Source: Octopus sinensis (lineage: Eukaryota). Taken from it: a DNA stretch of 63,760 nt. Both the position numbers and the translations under genes were made by a program. Shown one piece after another: positions 50,700 through 62,420 of the stretch (positions are counted from its first letter, which is position 1; the number at the start of each line of letters is the position of its first letter). Under the pieces are notes generated by a model, which was not told the origin of the DNA, made no database searches, and was given only the letters and a program-made list of their open reading frames with translations. The stretch spans positions 1 through 63,760 of the forward strand of contig NW_021831860.1 of the NCBI RefSeq assembly GCF_006345805.1. The letters run 5' to 3'.

Positions 50700-52120
50700 A
50701 TAAAATACGGCGCGATTTGCAAAATGTGGCCGATTCAAATATAAATGAATAAATGTTTATTGTAAGAAAGCTTGGAAAGTGACAGTTTCTGGAACCACTG
50801 TCCTGGCTGCTTCCAGGTTAGTCTGCTATTAATTTGATCCGGCCGATAAATAGGTCGGTCACCCGAGGATCGCCTCCGGAAAGTATGGATTGAGTCTTCA
50901 ATAATCTGCCTCATCGTCGGAGAAATATTCTCCGTACACCTTGAAACAGAGTTACGTGAGTCTAATTTGTAGGCTAGTTTCAGCGTATAAAGCCTTATTT
51001 TTTTCACATTTTTCCAGGATTATCCCGTATTGCTTACCAGGTTTCTATTTCATTTATTAGGCTGGGCAGGATAGTCGAATGGAAGACGAAAGAAAGGTAC
51101 TTGAATCTAGATTCATCATTCTTTAAAGGCGGAAAGAAACGATGGCTTTTCTTCTTTTGTCTTCGATATGCAGATAGAAGTCTGAGTTAGGATCGATTGT
51201 CATCCTCGAGCAGCGTATTAAATTCGGGCGAACAGTTTCTACCAGAGACCCGGGGCCCTAACCTGCTGACCCAAATATCGCCCAAATGTAGCTAAAAAGC
51301 CGTATTTTCAAAACTTTTATGTTCTTTGAAGTATCCAGGACGAGGACGTCGTCCGCGTAAGAGGAAGTTTGTTCAGGAGTCGGGAGGTGAAGGGAAACTG
51401 CTCATTACTATGTTAAATATGAGTGGGCTAAGACGGGTAGAGTTACTGCCCAATTTTAGATTCAGAGACCGATATCCGGAGATCTCGAACGAGTAAACTT
51501 TTTTGAGCTTAGACTCTTAATGAAGATAATGTCTGAATGGTTGCTGTTTACAATTTCAACGAAGTCGTGGTGACGTCTCTTGAACATTCACAGCGATGAT
51601 TCTAATCGGAGGTATGTTTTTGGCGTGCTCCCTTAGATAGGACCCGTTGCAGCTTCCCCGGTTTTACACCCAGTTTTACCACACAACGGCAATAGAATTC
51701 CTGTTGTGTAGGTCCTGGTCTTACAGTGTTTTCTTAGAACAAGATTTCGCTCGGAGGAGAGCTTTTCTTCTCGCAGGGACAAGCTGTAAAGCCAACTCTG
51801 TTTTTGGAACGGGCATTGGCCGTCGGCACCGGGTTGACATCGTGGTCGGCTTTCAGCAGAATCTAAATGCAGACATTTTAGCTGTGGTTGGGTAGCGGAC
51901 AGCTCTATTCTCCCTGCTCGTCCCCGCAGAGCAAGCACCAGGCTTTATGTGACATGTCCCCAAATCGGGTTTATCAAAAGCCTCTCACGACGAGGAGCTT
52001 TTGCCATTCACAACGGATAATGCTGAAGCCAGCTGTGATTCCAACGCGCACGTATAGAGTCGAGCGTCAGCTTCCCGCTCCGGCGTCAGCTTTCTAAGTC
52101 TGGTCAATTCTCTAAATTCC
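50700..52120 (-). mobile_element. Degenerate I/Jockey-like LINE RT fragment
   Basis: Broken minus frames contain an SYADDVLV motif and KYLSFVF, with CCVVKLGVKPGK.ATG upstream. Confidence 0.6.
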
Positions 52121-52399
52121 GAATCCCAATTCGAATATGAATGAACACAGAACAGAATTGTTTATTTTCCACACAACAAACTCGTTACTAAATTATAAGA
52201 GGAAGAGAAGGAAAAAGAAGAAGAACCAAACCAAGAAAACGAAAAAACTGAGTTTTTTTTGCTGATTGGGGTCTACTCTATTTGGACACTAGATGTCCCT
52301 TCGACAAATAACCCCTTGCATCACTATTTATTTAAGTTGTGCAACAATTTTTCAATGGATTGTATAGATCCCTCCAACTTTAGGTTAGTTTGGATTTTA

Positions 52400-53110
52400 A
52401 ATCCAAGTAATGCGCCAATTTAGACATATCTCCGCGTTTTTTCTAAAAGTTTAACGTGTTTCTTTCCTTCACAGCTTTCAAACTATCTTTGAAATGCATA
52501 GATCAAGAAAGGGTCTATATACGTATAGGAACTTTTCCGGTTTAAGCCGAAATCGTATAAGAGCTTTCAACATTGATATAACTTTTTCCTTCTCTTGATT
52601 ATATGATTCTTAAATGATTAACTATTCCGATTAGATTTTTCACGGATTTTATAACACCAGTGTTAATAAATAGATCAGTTTTTCTTTTTTTCTTGCTAAT
52701 CCAACAAACAGTATTTTTTAAAAAGATCAGGACAAAGTTTTATCCTGACACCATTTGCCAATTTTTTTCAATATGATACTGAGTCCTTTTCCATGATATT
52801 AATTTGCTCATAGCAAAATCGATAATTAAAATATAATCTGCGTAAATGCTTATTTCAATGTTAGAGAGATCCACAATTAGATAAAAGCGGATTTATGACA
52901 GATACCTGTGGAACTCATCTCTTAAGCAAAATTCTCTTCGACAATTGTTTTCCGATCCGTACAAATGATTCTCTTCCAAGATGAAACTCCTCATCAAAAC
53001 TCGGGCTGTCTTTCCTGCATTAAAATTGTATAAAGTTTGTAGTAACCTGGCATGCCAGACACTACCAAATGCATTTGATATATAAGACATGCAGCTGTAA
53101 TATATTATTT
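52400..53110 (-). mobile_element. Degenerate LINE RT fragment
   Basis: ISNAFGSVWHARLL (the D.SKAFDSVWH motif), with further broken RT frames. Confidence 0.55.
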
Positions 53111-53419
53111 TTTCTTTGTCCTGTAAATATAGCCTCCTTTATCAGTGAAAGCAAATTCCGTTGTTCTTGCTACACCGAAATTCCCATTGCTTTTGCAAGA
53201 GATATTTTCAAAATATCTACAGTGTTTAGTAATCCAATTCTCTTTAGTGTTCATATTCTTCGCTCTCACTGCTTTCTTGAATAAAATGTTGAGATTCAAA
53301 CTAAAAATTTTTTTAAATAAAAATTTAAACGCCCCAGAACATTCTAGAAAGATCTTTTATCCGTTAAAAAACTAATAAACATAGCAAATAAAGTATACTA
53401 GTAAATAATGTATTGATAA

Positions 53420-53938
53420 TTATCGAGAATAACGAATTTTTCAAAAACAATATTGAAATGCTCCACCATTGTTCAACATTGCTATTTCAAAATCGGTTTT
53501 ATATTCAAGTGTGACATAACACTTCATTTCACAGTCCACCTGAAATGAATAAGACACCCATTACTTTCAATCGAACCATACACTTAGGTTCAACCACAAA
53601 GGGAGGTCAATCTCATAAAACTCATTCCCAACCAATCCCAGAGTGTCAGATGTGATTCATACAGTAAAGCATAAGAGCACAATCCCAGTGCTAATAGATC
53701 AAACCTTACTCATTCGGACATAGAACAAGCAATGACACATTTAATCCCCTAATAATCACATTTGTACTCAATCTATACAATCACTGCAAGTTTTTTGGCT
53801 GTCAAATCTCCCTGGGTTGGCTACTTGCGAAATTATGCCCAGCAATGAGTATCATCGGCACTCCCACTTGCTATATCGGGCACAGACAGCCCAGAGTGGA
53901 GAGGACTCGGAGGGAGGGGTAGTGTAAAATTTGACAGC
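53420..53938 (-). pseudogene. ACO1: Cytosolic aconitase/IRP1 C-terminal (swivel domain) fragment, degenerate
   Basis: QILHYPS..VL, QVGVPMILIAGHNFASSQPRE..AK, GIKCVIACSMSE*VRFDLLALG, DTLGLVGNEFYEIDLP and KTDFEIAMLNNGGAFQY follow human [24 protein letters not shown]...[22 protein letters not shown]...DALGLTGQERYTI...DTDVELTYFLNGGILNY. Several stops and frameshifts. Confidence 0.75.
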
Positions 53939-54301
53939 TACAGTAGTTTTCATTGCTAATAAATTCGGATTTTCCTTTCTTGAATTTTGTAATTATATTA
54001 GATTAAGTAAATATGTATGAAAATACATTAATAAAGGGTCGGATCAAGCAATTTTTACAATTGAGCAACGCGACAAGCCAAGTTTTTTAAACACGGACGA
54101 TTTATCTGTAGTAATGAAGAAGCATGGAAAATTTTCGGATATCCGATTCATGAAAGATATCTATCAATAATGCATTTAAGGGTGCACTTGGAAAATGGCA
54201 AAGGACATGTTATACAAAAGAAGTTATGAATCGAAGAAATTCAACGGTCATAGGCGACTTTGAATTATGTCGGACAGATGAATTTGCTAAGACATTCATT
54301 A

Positions 54302-55101
54302 TGTCGCGCCCCATGCTGGCGACCATAGTGACCTTCATAGTTGACAGGGTGACCTACATAGTTTGACATTCAATAAAAAACGACAGGAATTTATTACAAA
54401 AAGGGTTTAACGTCATTTTATTTTATTAAAAAGTGGTATTACCCAAAAGATGTTGGTTACGTGAAAAATGACAGTGAATATCAAAAACTTGTAAATGCAC
54501 TACTCTTAAAAACCCTACAAACTACATTTAAATCTTAAAAATACAAATTAAAAAAAAGAGAATCAAATTATGATAATTGGTGATCAGTATATTTTCAATT
54601 TCTAATTCATAGTTTTTATTTAAAGGACAATAATAATCAAAAACACAAAGCAAATCTTTAAAAAATATTTATAAACGGACAACGGATTGGAATTCAAAAA
54701 TAACTGATAGATTAACTATGCAAAGAAAATAAAATCAAACATTTATAGACCATCCCTAGTCACAACTTTATAAGTTTGAAATAAATTAGAATGCAATTGA
54801 GCGCTTTAATAAAACATTCGGCAAGAGGTATGGCAAAACTGATGGATAAGGAAGGAACTATAAATTGGAAAAAAAATTTAGACAAAGTATTTTTCCCTAT
54901 AAAAAGACACATCAATCGGCGATTAATGAGACCCCCTTCAAATCGTTTAGGGGTATTATAGGAATCAACACTGTGATTCATGGCTATATAATCTCATTTA
55001 CATTTTCGATGAAAATTGTGAGAAAACTATGTAGGTCATCCTGTCAACTATCAAGTTCACCCTGGTTGCCACCATGGTATGGTCACCAGCGCAAGGCGAC
55101 A
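54302..55101 (+). mobile_element. Internally deleted Ginger-like element A
   Basis: Ends TGTCGC..GCTGG(C/T)GACCA inverted, flanks CATTA/TATTA, and integrase remnant AIERFNKTF...HQSAINETPF. Confidence 0.65.
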
Positions 55102-55127
55102 TATTATGTTAATGTTCCTAGATATTA

Positions 55128-55681
55128 TGTCGCGAGTGTTAAATCAGGTGTTGAGGAAAATCCAAAAAGTTTTGATATGGAAGAATTGCAAGTTGTAGAA
55201 AATCCCGACATTTATAATAAAGGTTTTTTATTGTTATTTATTAGTAAAGATGATGAGTATCAGTTTAATTTTGAGAGGATGAATTTGCAGTCTTCATATT
55301 ATAGAAGAATGAATAGGAAGATGGAAGTCCATCGATCAAAATATGAGTTAGATCTTGGAGATATTGTATTCTATTTTTAATTACTTAAAGGCTCGTGTAC
55401 AAAAAGATTATGGGACGAATCCTTCTCTTTGATTAAAAAAATTTGAACATTCGTATGGGAAATTGTCCAACAATTTTCTCAAAGTCACAGATAGTGCTAA
55501 GTCTATTAATAAAGTTCATTCAAGGCGACTAAAAAAAATTCAAGAGGACTTAAATAATGGTTAATTAATTGTCAATAAATGACCTTAGTTAACTTTGATG
55601 TAATAAATTATTTTTATTTTTGACAATCATTGACATTGATAGATCGCTCTTAACGCTCGATCGCTCACTGCGCTCGCGACA
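55128..55681 (+). mobile_element. Internally deleted Ginger-like element B
   Basis: TATTA|TGTCGCGAG ... CTCGCGACA|TATTA, with an integrase C-terminal-like remnant (YELDLGDIVF). Confidence 0.65.
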
Positions 55682-55699
55682 TATTATACGTGCGATTTC

Positions 55700-55930
55700 G
55701 TTTGAAAGAAATTTAAAAGAATAAGACGAGAGCCAGTAGATGGGAAATAACATAATTGTAAGTACAGATGTATTGGGTAGACTATATACCGTGTATCCAA
55801 ATAATTTCGAATGTTATTGTGTTAGGTTGCTTTTGAAAAACACACAAGGATCAGAATCACTCACTGATCTGCGGACTGTCAATGATCTACTCTTCGAGAC
55901 ATACAGAAAACCGTGTTTTTTAGAATAGGG
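55700..55930 (+). mobile_element. Helitron Rep/helicase remnant
   Basis: LGRLYTVYP...ECY.VRLLL....GSESLTDLRTVN....TYR..C resembles the Helitron linker motif GR.YTV.P...E.FYLRLLL..V.GP.SF..LRTV. Confidence 0.75.
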
Positions 55931-56407
55931 TTACAACAAACCAGATCGTTAATATATCTACATAAACTTATAGTTGTTTGATGAAACTGGCTTCCCGCAG
56001 GAGCAAGGTCTTGGTAAGCGAGGCTAGCTGTCCATGTAGTAAAAATAATAAAAAGTTTTTAATCATCAAACTTAATGATGCTCATTCTGACAGACCTTTT
56101 TCTTCTCAGCAGGAAAACTCATCAAAAATTCTCGTTTCAAAAAAGAGAAATGAATCAAGATGAACATAAAAATACCAAAAATTCATTATCGAGACTATTT
56201 AAAAGAGCCTTGATTAATTAGTAGAATAAATTTACATACATTAAAAAATTTAGATTTTGATTCTACAAATATTAATTTTACTTAAATTATCTAATACTAC
56301 GTAAGTGATCATTAATCTTATTAAAATGACGAATAGCATAAATTTAAAGATTTTTTTCTTTAAATGTGGATTTCATATCATTCAAAAGTTTTTTTATAAC
56401 AATATAA

Positions 56408-57152
56408 TTATGGAATAGCTTTTTTCCTTTTTGAATTCCGTGGTTTAATAGGGTCTTTGGATTTTTTATGATTATTGTTCACTCCATCCTCCTTTTAATA
56501 TAAATAATTAATTTATTTAATTATATAAAATTTTAATAAAAACCTCGAGACTTGGAATGTAAGTTTGCATCGATTTCTAAATGAATTACTCGCCCAACGG
56601 CAAATTACCCTTCTCATTAATCCAGAATTGCTGATAATTTCCTATTATAAAATACTAACAAAAAAGCTTTAAAACCTTTATTTCCTCTGTTGGACGTCCA
56701 GTGATCTTAAGTATCCTTACTAAATCGTAAATTACGTCCACTTCAGGGATAGTATAGGATAGGTAAGTTTCGGTTTTGATTAAGGCATTTCTGAATTCTT
56801 TGTGTTCTTCTGATGTGTATTCACTTATTTTGTATTTCACCTTGTCGAAATCTCGCAACTCGGATGGATATACCCAATTACTAAAAGATTTATGTAATTC
56901 GTGAAATTCTTACTATATTTTTCTTTCAAAATAGCGAATAAGGATCTTATCTTTGACTACTTTAGCTCCAATGATAGGAGTTATAACCTAATGATAATTA
57001 AATTAACTTTCTAAACCAACCTTGACAGGCCAAAAATTGTAAGGAGCGCTGTGGGATATCCTAGAACACGTTTTAGCACAGGAAAGTTGATAATACATTA
57101 TTTTTATGTTAATGAACTAAGATAAACTATACCATTTTAGACTGCAAGACAT
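56408..57152 (-). CDS. Small PWWP-domain protein (about 162 aa, 7 exons) with basic C-terminus
   Basis: Spliced ORF MSCSLKW-ISHSAPYNFWPVK|VITP..ILIRYFERKIY-NWVYPSELRDF...FRNAL...KPRNSKRKKAIP*. All six introns are GT-AG and keep the frame. Confidence 0.75.
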
Positions 57153-57867
57153 TGTCGATGAAGTAACGAATTTTAAAAAATCTATTAACTATTCGTTTCC
57201 AATTTAAAAGAAATTTACTAAATAAAATAATTATAAAATTTATAATATTCATTAAAATTAAAATATATTAAAAAATATTTAAACTATGATCGTAAATAAT
57301 ATCTTAATTTTAGGTATCGAGATATAGTGACATAGATCGCGGGTTAAATCTGGTCGCTATCCATCCGGTGGAAGTTTTTCGTATCCACGATGTTAAACGG
57401 GTTAGACGAGTGACGCCGTCATTAGTGGTCTACTGCGGAAGCGGATTAGAAGGGACTCACAGGCAAGAAAAATAAATTCCAGTTGTTTGTTAAGATTTTG
57501 GGTATCAAAACAACTTTTTAAAGAATTGAGTAGTTTTTGTTTCCATATGAGAATAATTACATTTTACTAAGGCGTATATATTTTCGTCGTCATTTTCTAC
57601 TTCATTTTCAGTAATCACTATAAGATTTTATCAACAAAACCAAGTTAACCCCTGCGGTGCCCCAAAAATAAGGATGGTCCACCCCAAATGTATGCTGCAC
57701 TGTATCTGTTCGTCTTTAAGTTTTAATTCTAAATTTGGAAGTAAAAAATCGATTTATTGATAAAACAAGGTTGTTTCCATTTTTTGGGAAATAATGAAAT
57801 CGTCAAAATTGGAAATAAAATGAAAAACAAGTTCCCGAATTTGACACTTTATATTCAAATCTAAGTA

Positions 57868-58810
57868 CAGTTTACCCAAAATGGAAAGAGCCTAGAAGTG
57901 GGGCACTCCCTCATTTTGGTGCACTTTTTTTAAAAATCACATTTTGGCAGAACAAAATGAAAAATCAAAAAAATGGAAATTTTGGTTTTTTGTTCTGGTT
58001 ACGGATCACGAAACTAAATTGAAAATTGCTAAAAAAATTTTGAGGAACAATTAATCTGAGAGGCAACTAATCAATAAGCACAAAACAAGTAGAGCAAGTT
58101 TTTTTAATTTTTTTGGTAAAAAGAAAACAAATTAAGTTAGGGATAGGCAGAGAGGAAACTCCGGGGGGCTAAAGCACGCGCCCTCTTGCGGAAAGTACCG
58201 CATGCGTGTCGCCACTGAGAATAGCGATGGATATTCTCTGCAATGGCCACGAAACCTCGCGTGGCTCTTTCATCCTGTGGGCCAATTTCCTCCCGATGTT
58301 GCTGATGAAGGCCGAGGTTAAAGGCCAGGCGACGCTCGATGTTTCCAAAGCGATTGGTACGAATATGAAGCGGCGTCCGAGTTCTTGATATTTTTTAATT
58401 TTGCCCGTCTCAGCCTTTCCGCAGCGAACCCCGGGGAAGTGGCAGATGACATGATTGCCGATGAAGAGAAAGTAGAGGAACTATTTGGAGAATCAAACGA
58501 AATATTGTACTTTCTTTACACATCGCAATACTATTTCAGTGCTTTATGAAGCATTTAACGGCGATAGAGAAAAATTTGATGATCAAGTCTTTGAAATAAT
58601 TCAAAAATTTGAGATCGATAAAATTCTGGTTTAATCCCCTATTTTTAAAAAATCGCGTTAGTTACAGCTTCAAAAATTGGATTTACTTTTTTAAAGCTTC
58701 CGATGGGTGGTTTGATAGATTTAAATTACGACATGAGCTTCAATTCAAGTCAATATGTGGAGAAAAGGACTCAAACGAATTATCTCATCTAAAATATTAT
58801 AAGAGAATCG
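57868..58810 (+). mobile_element. Degenerate pogo remnant interrupted by a CRE fragment
   Basis: ETKLKIAK...SERQL and FKASDGWFDRFKLRHELQFKSICGE. Confidence 0.65.
58130..58480 (-). mobile_element. CRE 3' fragment
   Basis: KIKKYQEL..RFIFVPIALETSSV and LQRISIAILSG. Confidence 0.7.
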
Positions 58811-58814
58811 ACAG

Positions 58815-59575
58815 GAACCGTAGACAAAACAACTGAAGTAGAATGCGAAAAGTCCGACAATTATATCTATAATGGATTTTATATTTCAGAAAAGTTGTGT
58901 CGCGCTGTGGCCAGAACATGACTGAACATATTTGGGAGATAGTCCATGTGCTTTGTTACGTAATATTCACGATTTGGCATAACCACAAAGAGCAAATTGA
59001 AATCCTTCCAAAATCCGTAGAATATAAGTTGTAGGCGTTTATTCCCACCCAGGACTCTTTACCAATCAGTGACTAAGATCACCGGGATTTATAAGTTCGT
59101 AAGGTGTGGTCCCGTACTCACCCACCAAAGTAGTGCTGAATGGACAATTGTAGAGCAGGCCAGAGGTCAATGAATACATAGGGAGCATAGGCATGGACTT
59201 TGTAAGTATTGAACATAATGTACTCTTGTCCTGTAAGTAGCCGAACCGTCCATATTCCGCCAAATGACTTACCTCTGAGTCGTCCGACCTGACCCAAACA
59301 GACCCACTGTCGCTAGCGTAGTACAAACAAACAGACCCTTCTTAGAGTCATAAGAAACTGGGGTTTGAGGTGAAGAGACATACCTGATCTGCTTTGAGTA
59401 TATTCCGTTCGTACATTCCGGGGACTAAGGAGAAGCGAGTGAACTGTCCTCGATATCCCCGACCTATTCTGCAACACCCGAGTCCCCTGAGAGGGCAGCC
59501 TGCGCTGAGAGTGCCGTCTTACCGTAAATTGGGACTGCCGTTGTTTTGGGCAATTTGGTAATAAAATCAGGACTT
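58815..59575 (-). pseudogene. GBA2: Non-lysosomal glucosylceramidase (GH116) N-terminal fragment, degenerate
   Basis: PIYG|CPLRGLGCCRIGRGYRGQFTRFSLVPGMYERNILKADQ|FL resembles human [32 protein letters not shown]...ADQF, with 23- and 26-nt GT-AG introns. Downstream frames are broken, and both ends abut TEs. Confidence 0.75.
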
Positions 59576-59619
59576 TACAAGTTTTGTTAGTAAATTAATA
59601 TTTATTAAATAAATTTGGA

Positions 59620-62420
59620 GTGAATTCACGTGGTGTTTTTGTGACGTGGTTTTTTTGTGAGCAAAATAAAAAAAATATATTAATAACAATTCACAATGAA
59701 TTATTCAAAATCCAAAAAGAATCTTAAATCCCCGAATATCCAGCTTTCGGCCTTTGTTGACTACTGTACGTATACCCAGCCCTTTGGACCAAATGGCCAC
59801 AAAATCGAGGAGGCAAAGCCACGTGCGTCCGTGATAATGCTTAGGAACCTCCAGAGTTGGGTTGGAACCGAGGAACTTGTAAAGTATCTGGGTAAACTAA
59901 TCTCTCCGGGGTTTCTGGTTGAGAGATTTTTCCGAAATGGAAGTCCACTTCCTTTGGCTAAAGTGACCATCTCCTCTAGGGGTGAAGCAGCCTCTTTCTT
60001 GCGAATGGGGTTGAAAATCGGGTTCCGCGAAATTTTCTGTAGTTGGTACAAGCAACCAGAGACGCAATGTTTCCGCTGCCAGCGTTTTGGACATATCTCA
60101 CGGTTCTGTAAAGAAAAAGTGAGATGTTTCATCTGTGAAGGCCCACTACCAAGTGCATAAACTGTGGATCCTCAGCACACATGGCCAACTACGGAGGATG
60201 TCCTGTTGTCAAGGAGCTTCTCAAAAAGAGATTACCTCGGAAAACTACAGATCAGTCTACTAAACTGAAATTTGAAAAAAGGATCAAAACAGAAACAGAA
60301 AACGTGACAGTACAAAATACCTGGAAGGGATGGAACTTTATTAAAAATACAAAAATTTGTAGACGCTGAGGTTCAGACTTTCGATATCTATAAATCCATG
60401 TCAAACACTTTGAAAACTGCGACACACACTATATCTAGGCAAATAAAGTTGGAACAAGGCGTAAATACAACCGAATATATGATTCAACCCAAAAAAGGAA
60501 TGGCATCTTTAAAACTCGGGGAAACTTCTAAATAAATCCCGAGACAACCACCATGGAACATACTGATGGCAGACGAAAAGACAATTGCAATTGAACATTT
60601 AAAAGCAAAACTGGAGGATCTCCATCTTAAATGGTTTTCAGTCGATTGATATCCCATGGCGACCTGACGCATTGGCTGGGACATCCATATATTATAAAGA
60701 CAATCTGATGGTGAGGGACTTGAAAATCGTCGAACAAAATTTGTGCGAACTGATTACATTGAAACTACTAACATCCCTTTGGATGGATATCTGTAGGAGC
60801 TTTGTACTCCAAAGCAATGAAGAATTATCCAAATCTTATTGAAGAATTTTTCCAAAAAAATGATAGATGAATTCTAATAGGAGACTTTAACGCAAAACAC
60901 ACATCGTACGGATGTGCTAATACAAATTCGGACGGTCATATACTCTTCAGATTATCGGAGAACTGCGGCTTTATGTTTTTTGACTCACGAGAACCAAACC
61001 ATTTCTCTTGTTATGGAGAGGATTGTATTGCAGTTTTCCTCGTATCGGCTGATCTTGTTCATCAATGCAGCATACCAAGAATTGAGATAAACATTGGTAG
61101 TGATCATTTTCCTCAATCTTTATGTATGCGAACATCATCTACGATATGCGAAGATCTTTTCATCGGATATGATACTTCTCGGACAATCTGATCTGACTTC
61201 GAGATATCAATGAAAATGCATTTGATACCGTATCCAATAGAAAACATCTCTTTGAATATACAAATTGAAAAACTTGATAAAATTCTCAGAGAAGCTATAC
61301 TGGACTTTCTCCGAAAATCTTCAATCAGAAAATCCACCATGTCAAATACTAACAGAAAAACCCGGATTGACGAATCTTTGGCAAAACTTATAAAATGGAA
61401 GGGAAACATTGAAAAGAAGATGAGACGATGCAGAGATAAATGATGTCGCAAAAAACATTCAGACCTTGCTTGGAAGAGTCAATGCTCGAAACTGAATAAG
61501 AAAAACCCTCATTTTTGGAAGGTTTTCAACAGACTAAGTAATATGGAGAACAAAGGAGAAGAGATCCGACTAATAACAACTGAAGGAATAGCTATCCCGC
61601 TCGATTAAGTTCCCTCACATTTGCGAAGTCAATTGGCAATAGTTAAAGAGATGGATCCGATCGACATGGTTCCGAAAAAATTTATATGTGAGGCACAGAG
61701 AAGTCTGCGAGCTAATTTGAGAGAGACATAACGTTGGAAGAAACGTATGCCGCAATTATGAGCTGCAAGAACAATGCACCCGGCCATGACTACATTCCAA
61801 TTACTGTTATTCTCTTACGATACTTGACCGCACTATACAATGCAAGCTGGAGACTTGGATACGTACCGGACTCTTGGAAAAAGTCAATCGTATGTATGAT
61901 TCCAAAGCCTGGAAAATGAAGGACCATGCAGAGAACTATAGCCCGATAAGCCTAATATGCTCCGTCTCTAAAATTATGGAACGGATTGTTTTAACAAAAC
62001 TTTCGAACTTCTTAGAGGAATCAGGTGCACTTGCAGCGGAGCAGTGGGGATTCCGACGAAAAAAATCCTGTGGAGATTTTTTCGGAGAACTCGAGAAAGT
62101 CATTTCGCTTAGTCTTGCTAACAATACAGCGACTATTGCTATCTGCCTCGATGTCTCAAAAGCTTTTGACAGCGTATGGCACCTGTGCCTCTTGGAAAGT
62201 GTCGCCAAAATCAAACCCGGGTGTAGAACGGTCAATTGGCTGAAGAGCTATATTTATCAATGAGGAGGTCATACATACGATGCGGAAACCGTTTGTCGGA
62301 ATCTGTCGATCTCAAAAGAGGGGTACCTCAAGACTCGGTCTTGAGCCCTCTGCTTTTTAATATTTACTTTGCTGATATTCCAAAACCGAAAGATCCTACC
62401 AGTCATCTCATGATCTACGC
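59620..62420 (+). mobile_element. I/Jockey-group LINE (ORF1 with CCHC knuckles; ORF2 APE plus RT), degenerate, cut by a hAT at the YADD motif
   Basis: QCFRCQRFGHISRFC, IGDFNAKH, IGSDHFP, APGHD.I, PISLICSVSKIMER, QWGFR, LDVSKAFDSVWH, GVPQDSVLSPLLFNIY and IYA| at the junction. Confidence 0.9.

Noticed and set aside
53691-53709. A 19-nt GT-AG intron in the aconitase fragment
   Set aside because: Read-through (VRFDLLALG) aligns with [10 protein letters not shown], so it is coding. The preceding TGA is probably a mutated CGA.
58815-59575. Endogenous viral element
   Set aside because: Splicing of micro-introns reveals a GBA2 N-terminal motif.
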